Part shown: positions 39,401 to 51,875 of the stretch, one piece after another
How positions within the stretch are numbered: the stretch's first letter is position 1
How the letters are laid out: each line of letters opens with the position of its first letter
Source: Gracilinanus agilis
Lineage: Eukaryota
Length of the DNA: 64,000 bases
NCBI RefSeq assembly: GCF_016433145.1
Contig: NC_058131.1
Span: 714,479,988-714,543,987 of the forward strand
Reading direction: 5' to 3'
Made by a program: the position numbers and the translations under genes
The notes under the pieces: generated by a model
The model's input: only the letters and a program-made list of their open reading frames with translations
Databases searched by the model: none
What the model was told of the DNA's origin: nothing

Positions 39401-40231
39401 AATGGCTCAGGTCACTGAGATAAGGGTATGTTTGTTAGAAATGTTTTTAACTACAGTTTAGATTTCTTCTGAATCATCTCATCACTTCAAAACAGAACAG
39501 ATACACTGAAAAGTACCAGGCTGTTAAGATGGATACCATGGAAGCCTGTTTAAAACCAGTAGGAATTTTTTTTCATAAATTGGGCCTTTGAAACCTGCTA
39601 AATGGTGATGTAGTGTAGAACATCACAATCTATGAGATACAAACTCAACAAAAATCAGATTATAAAGCATTTACATACTGATTTCTATTAAGTGCAAGGC
39701 ATGTTGCTACAGGCTAAGAAAACAAAGAAAAGAATATTTTCTTGGCTTGCAAGTACTTCATTATACATGGGGAACCAACATGGTCATTAATGGTACAAAA
39801 TACATTGAACTAATGCTATGTGCATCGCTCTTACTAGCTGGGAAATGCAAAGGTAAAGAATGCTCTTTAGGAGTTCACATTCTCCACAAGTGTGGGTTGG
39901 TTAAGAAGTGATCACATCAAAGCTAGATTAAATACCTACAGGATTACCAAATACCTATGTATTTAGTAAACACATGGTCAAGTCCTGTTTCCTGCTTTGA
40001 GAATTAACCACCATCTTTGGAACGCATTATTCATTAGGTCAATAAAAGTGATGTCCTTTTCTCTGTCTGCTTATTCCCAGCTGTTTCCCCATCCCAGTTG
40101 TGTGGGATATATTTATGAAAGCTACATGGCATCAATAGAAGGGAAAATGAATTTCCATCTCCATCACTTCCTACTGTTGTGAGAAAGATTAATTTAGTAT
40201 TAGTGTTGGACCTAGCAGGAAGGGTTGCATT

Positions 40232-40232
<1 letters not shown>

Positions 40233-40264
<32 letters not shown>

Positions 40265-40267
40265 GTA

Positions 40268-40298
<31 letters not shown>

Positions 40299-40300
40299 TA
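40233..40300 (+). repeat. (AAT)n trinucleotide microsatellite
   Basis: Direct reading; two AGT interruptions. Confidence 0.98.
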
Positions 40301-42699
40301 TCCCTGGTGCCCCACCATTACACTAACCATGTCATTTTGGACAAATTACTTCCCTTCTAAACCCTCAGTTTTCACCTCTGTAAAATAAAATGTTTCAGTT
40401 AGATTAAATTAGATTAATCTATCTCTGAATCCTATGAAACTTCATATGGAAGTGTCAGTGTAATCAATTTTAACGTATGTAAGATTATTTGAATCTTAAA
40501 AGATGTTTCAATAAAGCAAGGGAGAGATGGACCCTATTTTAAAATTTTCACACTCTTCTAATCTTTAACATATTGGTGTTTTATCTTGAATTTGCTTCAT
40601 ATACCTTTGCATATTTTTTATTTCTCTTTCCGTGCTCATGCTGACTTAACCCTAGTAAAACTGTGAGGTCTTTCAGGAAAGGGGACTCTCTTATTGTTAT
40701 ATTTGCATCTTGAACACCAAACTTGATATCTGACTCGTAGACAACACTTCATAAACATTTGTAGAATTAAATTGAGTTGAAGACAGTATAACAAAGGACT
40801 TCTTTTCAAATTAAAAGAAAAAGTTCTATATTATTTAAGCATTGTTTTTTGATTTATCTAAATGATACAGGTCATGATAAGATAGTCCATCCAATTGATT
40901 TTGTTGACCAAAGTAAAATAACATAAATGTAAAAAGAAAAGAAAAGAAATCCTCTTGAATCACGATGTTCAGAGTTGACAGGGTGGTGTACAAGTACCTT
41001 CTGGGTCCTCTTGTCAGCTTGTTTAAGGCACATCACTGGGAAATAATGGAAGAAGAGCCTCAAAGGTCATTTTGTTGTTATTGCTTTATATTCTCTGAAA
41101 TAAATGCTGGAAACCTGAAGGAACAAGCATTTCATCTTTCTGGTGACTAAGATTTACTGAATCCCTCATACCTGTAAATATGCAGCTAATTTCGAATTTA
41201 AATAGGGCATCCATGGAAAATACCAGCTTCTTTATTGAGAGAGGGAAGGAACCTCAGTGACGTCTTCCAACCTTCAGTCTTTTCCATTTTAGGGAATTCA
41301 ACCCCATGTAAGAGAAGTGAGTGGCCCATGGGCTCATAGGCATTAGATAGACAGAGATAGATTTTGAACTCAAGTCTTCTATCTCCAAATCTAACTCTCT
41401 TTTTTTTAAATTTTGTTTTGCTTTACTGTGCAGTGATTTTTTTTTTCCTCTTCTCAATTAACAAAACTAGAAACCGGCAAAAAAAAAAACATAAAACAAA
41501 ATTCTTTCCAACTCATAGGTCAAACAAATTCTCCCTTATTTATTCATTTTTACTGGTTTTTGTCCATGCCTAGGATTCTCTTCATCTTTGTCTGACTCCT
41601 CATTTCTGGCTTCCTTCAAACAACAGTTAAAATTCTACCTTCAGCAAGAAGCTTTCCCTATTTTCCCTCAGTTGATACTATTCACTTCAATCTACATTAA
41701 TTTCCAATTTATGCTATCTAGAGTTAAAATTTATATATATATATATGTATATATATGTATATATACAGATATATGTGTATATATCTGTATATATACACAT
41801 ATATACACACATAATATATTATATATGTGCAAATACAAACATATGTGCATATACATGTATGTATTTATGCATTTCTCCATCAGTCCCGGAACATCATGAA
41901 AACACGGAATATTTTTTGACTTTCTTTGTATCCCCAAGACTTAGCACAGTGCCTGACATTTAGTATTAAGTGCTCTTTGAATGTCCCTTGACTGAATTTC
42001 TAACTGACTACTGACTCTCCAGACTGTGCAATTGAAATAGAGGCTAAATGAGAGTCTTAGAACCTGAATTAGAATTCTATCCCTACCACATTTTTCGTAC
42101 TGCAAAACAAAGAAGTTGGATTAGAAGAATTTTGCATTTTCTTTCAGCTTCAGATTGATTAGCTGAATATTTTGCTCAACAATTTTTCATCTACTCTTTT
42201 GTATCAGAAGGCTGCCAAAGGAATCTGGCCAATGAAGTAATCACAAAGGTTTCTGGGTATTTGTGGTTCATATACTATTAGAAATTGACTCTTTTCATGG
42301 AGGCTCTGCCTGATTGTGAGGCAAGTGTTTCAGGATTCATTTCAACACAATGTGATTAAGATGGTTAACCCCAAGGTAGAATCAGATGGAATAGCTATAA
42401 AGACGTAAATTAAATCACACATTGTACAGTGTAAGCTATGAATGATAGAAAACATCACTATTGCTATATCTGACTTGCTTCAGACCTATTTTCATCAACT
42501 AAGAGTTTCTTTCAACTATTTCACTTAGCATATTTAATGCAAGGTACAATGTTAGGTGTTGACAAAAGAACAAATATCAGTTTATCAGTTCCTGGACTGA
42601 AGCAATTTATACTCAACATTTATCATAGCACCTGGATCATAGGAGGGATTTAATGAATGCTTGTTGAATTATTTTTTTCCTGAACAAAGGAAGCCCATA

Positions 42700-43033
42700 T
42701 TTTAAGGGAGAAAAAGGGGTTCTGGGGATTCAATATATTAAAAGATGGTCACCAGAGGATTGCACTGTTATGAATTCTCAATTAAGAATAATCTTAAGTC
42801 AAAATTGACTTTTATGGAAGTTTATTTACAATTAATGAGAGAGAGAGGAAAATAAAGAAACAATCTAACCCAGTACATAATTTATTATGATCCTCTAATT
42901 AATCCAGATAGTTCTTAACCCTCAGCTGAGAGTTAGAGGGCCAGAGGCCTGGAGGTGCATGGAACAAACTTCATTCACAGAGTCTCCTAAAAGAAATTTC
43001 TTAAGAGAAATTCAGGAAGATTCAGTCAGTCTT
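42700..43033 (-). mobile_element. Left part of an LTR-like (ERV) element interrupted by the L1; left boundary uncertain
   Basis: Resembles a reverse-oriented marsupial ERV LTR (AAAGATGGTCACCAG...GTTTATTTACAAT, i.e. AATAAA on the minus strand). The sequence reads through across the L1 TSD. Confidence 0.5.
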
Positions 43034-43682
43034 GAAGATGGCAGCAGAGTAAAAAGCAGCTGCTTAACCTCTCCTAACCCACACATACAGGACTCCTCAA
43101 GAGGACATAAAAACAAATCCAGACAAATGAAGGGACCCCACAACAGGCAGCAGCTTTGAAGGTACATAGGATTGGGGCATTTCATTGCTATAAAGGAGTG
43201 AAATAGCTCTCACTAAAAAGCAAGCTGAGCAACCCCCTCCCCACACACACACCACCTACAATGCCAAAGCCAGAGCACAAGAGTTAGAGCAAGTTTGGGG
43301 CATTCACTAAGTTCTTGGCAGCTCACCAGAGCCTGCTCCTGTGAGCAGCAAGACTTAAGACCCCAAGAGGCTAAAGAACCAGACTTTGAACACAGACCTT
43401 GAGCTCAGGCTTGGACTCAGGCATGGACTCAGGCTCAGACTCAAGTGTGGATGCGGACCCTGAGCCCAGGCGTGGACCTTGGTTGAGGACCTAGTGCAGA
43501 GGGCTGCATGACTGTGGGAGAAGCTCCCCGAGACTGTTAAAGGAGCTTCAGGCAGAGGGACAAGCAAGGGGACCACCAAGAGGCTTGACCCTGAGAACAA
43601 CTACATCTGAGACCTCAGGAGCCTAAAGAGCACAGACAGACCCTGGACATGAGGAAAAAGCTGAGAGGGGGCCCAGCTAACA

Positions 43683-44720
43683 ATGTCAAGATAGTCACAA
43701 GAACCCCAAAAGAGAAATATCAAGAAGAAATCTTTGACACTCAACAACTTTAACGCAGAAAAAGTCCAGACAACAGAGCAAACAGCAGAGGAGAACAAAC
43801 AAGTAATCATATCCAAACCTTCCCAAAAAAATGAAAATTGGTCAGAAGCTCTTAAAGAGATCAAATCAGAGATCATGAGAAATATGGAAGAGATTTGGTG
43901 AGAGAAGTGGGAAATAGCTAAAAAGGAAATTAACAGGTTAAAAGATAGAAACTCCCAATTGGAGAAAAACGCCCCCAAATCAAAAGAATTGATAAGCCAA
44001 CTGGAGACCAAAATCAAACAGCTGGGAAACAGGATAGACAAAAATGAAAAGGAATATCAAAAGGTTATAGCAGAAAACCAGGCTCTGAAGACCAGAATTG
44101 GGCAAGTAGAAGGCAATGATTTCTCAAGAAAGCAAGAAAAAAAAAAAAAGCAAAGTTGAAAGACTGAAAAAATAGAAGGAAACATCAAATATCTCACTGA
44201 GAAATTGACAGATCAAGAAAACAGGTGTACAAGGAACAATTTGAGAATCATTAGTCTTCTTGTAAAAGTAGAAATTAATATAAATTTGGACTCCATACTA
44301 AAAGAAATTATTCAGCAAAACTGCCCTGAAGATCTACAACAAGAGGGCAATATAGACATTGAAAGAATCCATAGATCACCCTCTACACTAAACCCTGAAA
44401 AGACAACCCCTAGGAATATAATAACCAAATTCAAGAGCTTCCAATTAAAAAATGTACAAGAAGCCAGAAAGAGAAAATTCAGATATCAAGAAGCACCAAT
44501 CAGGATCACACAGGATTTGGCAGCCACCACAGTAAGAGACTGCAAGGCTTGGAATATGATATTCAGAAAGGAAAGAGAACTGGGTCTACAACCAAGGATC
44601 ACCTACCCATCAAAACTGACTATATACTTCCAGGGGAAAGTATGGGCATTCAACAAGATAGATGAGTTCCAAGTATTTGCACAGAAAAGACCAGAACTAA
44701 ACAGAAAGTTCAATATCTAA
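43683..44720 (+). pseudogene. LINE-1 ORF1p remnant with stops and frameshifts
   Basis: Coiled-coil-like fragment at 43959-44159. The fragment at 44205-44720 contains RNNLRIISL..., IERIHRSP, RITQDLA and LQPRITYPSKL, typical of the L1 ORF1 RRM/CTD. Confidence 0.92.
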
Positions 44721-47174
44721 CAACAAAAACCAAGAGAAATATTAAAAGGTAAATAAGAAATAGAGAGGAAAGAAAGAAAACTCTAATGTTTAAATTTGCC
44801 TCTTTAAGGGCTTTAATAAGATCAAATTATTTGTATTCCTATATGGAGAAATGTTAGGTGTAATCTTCAAAAACTGTATTAGCTATTATTGTAATTAGAA
44901 GAATTATTCACAGGGAGAGGTTGGGGCACTAAATGGTCTAAGATAAGACAGGTGGGGGAAGAGGGGGTGAATAGTAGATGGCACCAAGAGAATCTTTAAT
45001 GAATAAGAAAAATAGGATATTCTATGCCACCCAAAGAGGGCATGTGAAGGGGAGGGGCTGAATGCTATTTTAAGAAGGAGAGGAAGAGAGCTTTAAGAAG
45101 TAATATTTAAACCTTACTCTCAGTGGAATTAACCCTGACAGGGAATAGTAGCTATATCCATTGGGTTATAGAATTCTATCTAACCCTACTGAGAAAGTCA
45201 GAAGGGATTAACCAAGGGGAGCAGTGGAGTGGGGAGGTCAAAAAAGGGAAGGGAGGAGAGGGGGGAGGGAATTCATTAGGCCTTAAAAAATAAAAAGAGG
45301 GGAATAATAAGGGAGGGGAAGGAAAGGGAAGCAAATCAAGGGAGGGGACAAGGGGGATTGGTCTAAAACAAACCACTGGTTTAAAAATGAAAGAGTGTAA
45401 GAAGAAGGGGTAGAACTAGGAGAGGATAACAAAATGTTGGGGAATACACAACTGATAATCATAACCCTGAATGTGAATGGCATAAACTCGCCCATAAAAT
45501 GGCAGCAAATAGCAGAGTGGATTAGAAACCAAATTCCTACCATATGTTGTCTACAAGAAACACACATGAGGCAGGTAGATATACTCAGGTTTAAGGTCAA
45601 GGGCTGGAATAAAATCTTTGGGGCTTCAAATGAGAAAAAGAAGGCAGAAGTGGCAATCATGATTTCTGACAAAGCCAAAGTAAAAATAGATATGATTAAA
45701 AGAGACAGGGAAGGTAATTAAATACTGGTAAAAGGCAGTATAGACAATGAGGAAATAACAGTACTCAATATGTATGTACCAAATGGTATATCATCCAAAT
45801 TCGTAAAGGAGAAACTGGCAGAGCTCAAGAAGGAAATAAATAGTAAAACCATACTAGTGGGAGATCTAAATATCTCTCTTTCAGATCTAAATAAATCAAA
45901 CCAAAAAATAAGTAAGAAAGAGATGAGAGGTGAATGAAATCCTAGAAAAATTAGATTTAATAGATATGTGGGGAAAAATAAATAGGGACATAAAGGAATA
46001 CACCTTCTTTTCAGCTTCACAAGGTGCATTCACAAAGATTGACCATGTAATAGGGCATAAAACATTGCAAACAAATGCAAAAGAGCAGAAATAATAAATG
46101 TAACCTTCTCAGATCATAATGCAATAAAAATAATAATTAGTAAGCCACCTGAACAGACAAAAAACTAATTGGAAATTAAATAATATGATTCTCCAAAACT
46201 AGTTAAAGAACAAATCATAAAAAATAATCAATAATTTCTTTGAAGAGAATGACAATGATCAGACATCCTAACAAACTCTGTGGGTTGCAGCTAAGGCAGT
46301 ACTCAGGGGAAAATTTTTTATCCTTGAGTGCATGTATTAACAAATTAGAAAGGGCAAAGATCAATGAACTGGGCATGCTAATTAAAATAAATAGAAAGGG
46401 AACAAAGTAAAAATCCCCAGCTAAACACCAAATTAGAAATTTTAAAAATTAAAGGAGAAATCAATAAAATTGAAAGTAAAAGAACTATTGAATTAATAAA
46501 TAGGACTAGAAGCTGATACTTTGAAAAAACAATCAAAATTGACAAAGTACTGGTCAATCTAATTTAAAAAAGGAAAGAAGAAAATCAAATAATCAGTATC
46601 AAAGATGAAATGGGAGACCTCACCTCTAATGAAGAGGAAATCAAGGCAATCATTAAAAACTATTTTGTGCAATTATCTGGCAATAAATATAACAATCTAG
46701 GTGAGACGGATGAATATTTTAAAAAATATAAATTGCCTAGATTAGCAGTAGAAGAAATAGAATACTTAAATAATCCCATATCAGAAAAAGAAATTGAACA
46801 AGTCATCAAAGCACTCCCTAAGAAAAAATGCCAAGGATCAGATGGATTCACAAGTGAATTCTATCAAACCTTCAAAGAATAACTAATTCCAATACTATAC
46901 AAACTATTTAACATAATAAGCAAAGAAAGAGGTCTAACAAACTCCTTTTATATTACAAATATGGTACTGATGCCAAAGCCGGTAGATCAAAAACAGAGAA
47001 AGAAAACTACAAACCATTCTCCTTAATGAACATAAATGCAAAAATCTTAAATAAAGTACTAGCAAAAAGACTCCAGCAAGTGATCAAGAGGATCATCCAT
47101 CATAATCAGGTGGGAAAGGGAAGATTTTAAAACCAAGCAAGAATTAGAAAAAATTACAAAATGTAAAATAAATA

Positions 47175-47359
47175 TTTTATTTTATTTAATTTAAACCCTT
47201 AACTTCTGTGTATTGACTTATAGGTGGAAGAATAGTAAGGGTAGGCAATGGGGGTCAAGTGACTTGCCCAGGGTCACACAGCTGGGAAGTATCTGAGGCC
47301 GGATTTGAACCTAGGACCTCCCATCTCTAGGCCTGGCTTTCAATCCACTGAGCTGCCCC
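47175..47359 (-). mobile_element. SINE1_Mdo/SINE-1_MD-type SINE inserted in the L1
   Basis: Reverse complement of GGGGCAGCTCAGTGGATTG...GTTCAAATCCGGCCTCAG...AAGTTAAGGGTTTAAA. Approximate TSD TAAAATAAATA / TAAAATGAATA. Confidence 0.93.
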
Positions 47360-47425
47360 TAAAATGAATAATTTCATGAAGGTTGTGGGTGGGGTACAAT
47401 AGGAAAGACTAGTTGCCATGCTAAT

Positions 47426-47627
47426 GGGGCAGCTGGGTAGCTCAGTGGATTGATAACCAGGCCCAGAGATGGGAGTTCCTAGGTTCAAATCCGTCCTCAG
47501 AAACTTCCCAGCTGTGTGACCCTGGGCAAGTCACTTGACCCCCATTGCCTACCCTTACTATTTTTCTGACTTGGAGCCAAAACCCATTATAGACTCCAAG
47601 ATGGAAGGTAAGGGTTTAAAAAAAAAA
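47426..47627 (+). mobile_element. SINE1_Mdo-type SINE (GACTCCAAGATGGAAGGTAAGGG tail variant)
   Basis: GGGGCAGCTGGGTAGCTCAGTGG (A box), GGTTCAAATCC (B box), CORE segment and poly(A) tail. Confidence 0.93.
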
Positions 47628-48885
47628 CATAACATATACATTCATGATTCTGAAATTCTGGTATTGAGAAAAACTACCATTCTTATCAATTAATAAAGAA
47701 GTGTTTATTAAATAAATAAATAATTTCAATTATATTAAATTAAAAAGTTTTTGTACAAACAAAAACAATGCAACCAAAATCAGAAGGGAAACAACAAACT
47801 GGGAAGAAATCTTTATAATAAATTACTCTGACAGAGATCTAATTACTCAAATATACAAGGAGTTAAATCAGTTGTATAAAAAATCAAGCCATTCCCCAAT
47901 TGAAAAATGGGCAATGGATAAGAATAGGCAATTTTCAGATAAAGAAATAAAAACTATCAATAAGTACATGAGGAAGTGTTCTAAATCTCTAATAATTAGA
48001 GAAATACAAATCAAAACAACTCTGAGGTACCACCTCACACCTAGCAGATTGGCTAAAATGATAGAAGGGGAGAGTAATGAATTTTGGAAGGGATGTGACA
48101 AAATTGGGACATTAATGCATTGCTGGTGGAGTTGTGAACTGATCCAAGCATTCTGGATGGCAATTTGGAACTATGCCCAAATAGCTGTAAAGGACGGCCT
48201 GCCCTTCGATCCAGCTATAGCATTGCTGGGTTTGTACCCCAAAGAGATCATAGATAAACAGACTTGTACAAAGATATTTATAGCCACACTTTTTGTGATG
48301 GCAAAAACTGGAATACGAGGGTATGGCCTTCAACTGGGAAATGGCTGAACAAATTGTGGTATATGCTGGTGATGGGATACTATTGTGCTCAAAGGAATAA
48401 TAAATTAGAGGAATTCCATGTGAATTGGAAAGACCTCCATGAATTGATGCAGAGTGAAAGGAGCAGAGACAGAAGAACATTGTACACAGAGATTGATACA
48501 CTGTGGTAAAATCAAACATAATGGACTTCCTTACTGGCAGCAAAGCAATGACCCAGGACAATTCTGAGGGACTTGTGGTAAAGAAAGCTACCCACATTCA
48601 GAAGAAGAACTGCAGGAGTGGAAACACAGAAGGAAAACAACCGCTTGGACACATGGGTTGATGCAGACATGGTTGGGTAATGTAGACTTGAAACTACCAC
48701 ACCAATGCACATGTAAATAATATGTAAATAAGTCTTGATTAATCACACATGTTAAAACAAGTGGAAATGTGCATTGGACATGGGGGTGGTGATGAAGGGG
48801 AAAGTATAAACATGAATCATGTAACCATGGAAAATTTTTCTAAAAAAATAAAATACTTAAATTAAAAAAAAAGTCAGTCAGTCTT

Positions 48886-49257
48886 TAAACTCACCATGTG
48901 GAATTCAAAGAATATATTTAAAGCAGTCTCACCAGAGTCTCAGCATTCCAACACTCCTCCATGAACCAGAAAAGGTCCATCAGCAGATCTTCTCTTCCAT
49001 GGCAGACCTCTCACTCACTCAATTCCCTCTTTTTAAAGTGGTCAAAATTATGCATCTCTTCCTGTGCCTCCCTCCTAATTTGCATGTCCAATCACAATAG
49101 ATGATTCTCATAGTACTGCCTAGGGGGCAGTCAGTTGATTCTGATTCATCACCCACTCTAGCAGAGGTGGGTTAAGGACTTACAAGAATTAAAAGTGTTC
49201 TCACCTTTGGTGATTAAATCTAAAGATGAGCAGTGTAGATTTAATCTAATTATAACA
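48886..49257 (-). mobile_element. Right part of the same LTR-like element
   Basis: Continues after the L1 TSD and ends in ...TATAACA. No TSD could be matched. Confidence 0.45.
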
Positions 49258-49869
49258 ATAAAAAGAAAAAAGCTCATACAAAACAATTTAAGGAGAGAGA
49301 GAATACTTTAAACTGAGATCTTGACTGAACTCATTGACAGATATGTTGGAAACAAAATAGTGAATTGGACAAATGAAAGTCTATGAAGTCAGAAGATCTA
49401 GGTTCAAATCTCAACTCTGACAGTTTTAACTTGGGAGATATTAATTTCCTAGATCTTATTTTTTCAGGCATAAATGGAAGTTGGGCTACAATTCCTCTAA
49501 TATCCCCTCCAGCTCTTAAATATATGATCCTGCAATGCATTCATTTATTGTGCTGTTTCTGATTATCTGTATGTCTTTAAGAAAGATATTTAAAGTGTCT
49601 GAAAAATAAGATTTCTCCCATGAAATGGAAATTTTACTTGTAATACCTACTTCTCTAAGATGTGATATATTCCATTTGAGAACATGTGAATTAAAAATTT
49701 TGAATACTGTAAAGTATTATGAAAATATCAGATATTATTGATAGTAGTGGCAGTCATGGAAATAATAATACAAATAAATAACACTCATTCATTTTTGCCT
49801 TTATATACAAAGCCTTATAGATAGTAGACACTAAATAAATATTTACTAATCACTGGTTGATTGGATGTT

Positions 49870-50124
49870 ATTAGATGGCATAGTTCATGGAGATTTGAGC
49901 TTCAAGTCATGAAGACTCATCTTTCTGAGTATAAATCTGTCTTCAATCACTTACTAGCTGTGTGATCCTGGGCAAGTCACTTAACCCTGATTACATCAAT
50001 TCCTCATCTGTGAAATGAGCTAGAGAAGGAAGAAGTAGCAAACCTTTCCAATATCTTTGCCAAGAAAACCCCAAATGGGGTCATTAAGAATCAGACACAA
50101 CTAAAATGCCTAAACAACAGCAAC
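49870..50124 (+). mobile_element. MAR1-type CORE-SINE
   Basis: CTCATCTGTGAAATGAGCTAGAGAAGG...TTTGCCAAGAAAACCCCAAATGGGGTC. Confidence 0.85.
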
Positions 50125-51739
50125 ATTAACATCCTTACAGTGAGCTTATGTTACATTACAGGGGTGAGGAGGGGATCCTCAGTAATGAATTCCAAATTTC
50201 CACGTGTGGGATGTATACTACAATTCTTTTGCCATCTTTAAGTGAGCGTCTTTACCGAAAAATGTCATGATGAGCACTCATAATTCTCAATAATATAGTA
50301 ACAAAAATTTAAGCCAAGGCTGCTTCTAGGTTAATTTTAGAAAATTCAGCTTTCTTTCAGAAAAATATCCCATGGTACTGGTTGAGCAGGTCAGCATGAT
50401 GTCCTGGTGGGAATGATTGCCCTAGTTAACATATTCAATCTTACAATTGAGTTTAACATTTAATCACAGAGCAGGCTCGTTTTTGGTTTTGTTTTTTGGA
50501 TTTCCTCCTTCTGCCAGTGCTTGACATGGTGCATAATATATAGTTTGTGCTTAATAAATACTTGTTGATTTCTTGATTTAAGAAGAAACTAGACAGCAAC
50601 TTTTTTAAAGGATCGTTTTGGCCTTCATAACCTTAATGCCCTAGCTATTTTGGGGCTTGTTTGTCTTTAGTCTCAGAATCGCTTGGGCTGCAGCAGGGTC
50701 TTTCTCTTGAACTGCTATCAGTCTTTAATCTCTCTATATCTTTTATGCAGAATATCCATTGCATTCACAAAGCTCTCACTTCAACAGGATTAAATTAAAA
50801 CCAATATTCTCTTCTTTTCCTCATCACACCATTGTTGGCTCATCAATGCAACTTTCATTTTTCTTCACTGTAATAATTATTGTTGCAATGACTGTTATCG
50901 ATGACAAATAGCAAAACAGAGGTCTTCTAAAACTTTGGTCATGGCTAGATATGCAAAGCTTTGCCAAACTGATAGCTTTGCTAAACACAGTAGATTCTCC
51001 CTTCTAGAAATTTCCTGCTATTGACCTTTTCCAAATATTAAAATCATGCTCTATGTTCATGTGTGTTTGTGTGTATGTCTATGTGTGTGTGGTCTTCACT
51101 GGATTGGATCCATTGAGTGGTAACAAGCCAATAAGCATTTGTCCACAACATAAAGTCAGGGACTGTCACAATGAAGCATATCCATATGTAGGATGGGCTG
51201 ATGTAGGTGACAGAGGACTGATCTATCTTGCAGGCCTTTTAGAAGAGACTGAATAACATTTGGGGACAAAGTGAAGGAGAGATCTTTATCCATTTGTGGT
51301 TTGAACTAGATCGACTTCCACATCCCTTACAAGATGGAAATTCTGTGAGTCTGAGGTTAATTGAGGTGCCAATTACTCAGAGCAAAGTCAGTGGAGTGAT
51401 TTAAGGCATACAAAAGTCTGATAATAATAAATTCCACTCCAAGAAGCGGGAAAAAAGGGCCCTCTCACAAGATGAACCAAGGACCCTAATTGGGCAGGGG
51501 AGGGAGTGAAGGTGTAAAAACAGGCTGATACATTCACTTCAAGTTTCTATATATATGAATTTTTAGATTTAGTTCTTTTGCTTTGGTTTCTGTAAATGAG
51601 TATAAAGGCTGGGCAAGGAGGAAGATGATAATTTCCAAATGACAATGAGAAATTAGAAAATGGGAGAATGGAAAGGGAAAAATATTAAGCAACCTAGGAC
51701 AAGTAAATGAGCCCTTGACTGCAGACACTTTATATGTCC

Positions 51740-51875
51740 TGACATAGGAAGAAATGTCGCAGGATGAAAAGGAAGAATGTAATTCTGTTCAGCCTCAGAG
51801 GACAGACCCAAGGGTAGAAGTTACAAAGAATTCAATTTAGGGTCAACATATGAAAACACTTCCTAAACCTTTAGA
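51740..51875 (+). mobile_element. CR1/L3 3' fragment
   Basis: CCTCAGAGGACAGACCCAAGGGTAGAAGTTACAAAG...TTTAGG...GAAAACACTTCCTAA. Confidence 0.55.

Larger units (their letters stand above)
45434..48509 (+). pseudogene. LINE-1 ORF2p remnant (APE endonuclease, start of RT, Cys-rich C-terminus), disrupted and missing the RT core
   Basis: TLNVNGINSPIK...ICCLQETH (endonuclease), [15 protein letters not shown] (Z domain/RT entry) and KTTLRYHLTP...HCWW (C-terminal domain). Many stops and frameshifts. Confidence 0.93.
43034..48873 (+). mobile_element. Formerly full-length LINE-1 (L1_Mdo-type), now decayed, with an internal RT deletion and nested insertions
   Basis: 5' end GAAGATGGCAGCAGAG, 5'UTR, ORF1 and ORF2 remnants, ~710 bp inter-ORF spacer, 3'UTR and A-rich tail. 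A 12 bp TSD TCAGTCAGTCTT flanks it at 43022-43033 and 48874-48885. Confidence 0.95.

Noticed and set aside
43380-43495. Short repeated units that could be mistaken for a CRISPR-like or satellite array
   Set aside because: No repeat-spacer architecture. They are part of the L1 5'UTR in a mammalian genome.
43601-48597. Minus-strand ORFs of 100-161 aa across the L1
   Set aside because: Antisense frames of A-rich L1 sequence, a well-known artefact.
49115-49132. CTCF-like CTAGGGGGCAG in the LTR-like flank
   Set aside because: The 5' half of the CTCF core mismatches at three positions, too weak to call.
51053-51256. 67 aa ORF beginning in a TG repeat
   Set aside because: It starts in a microsatellite, and has no splice signals or homology.
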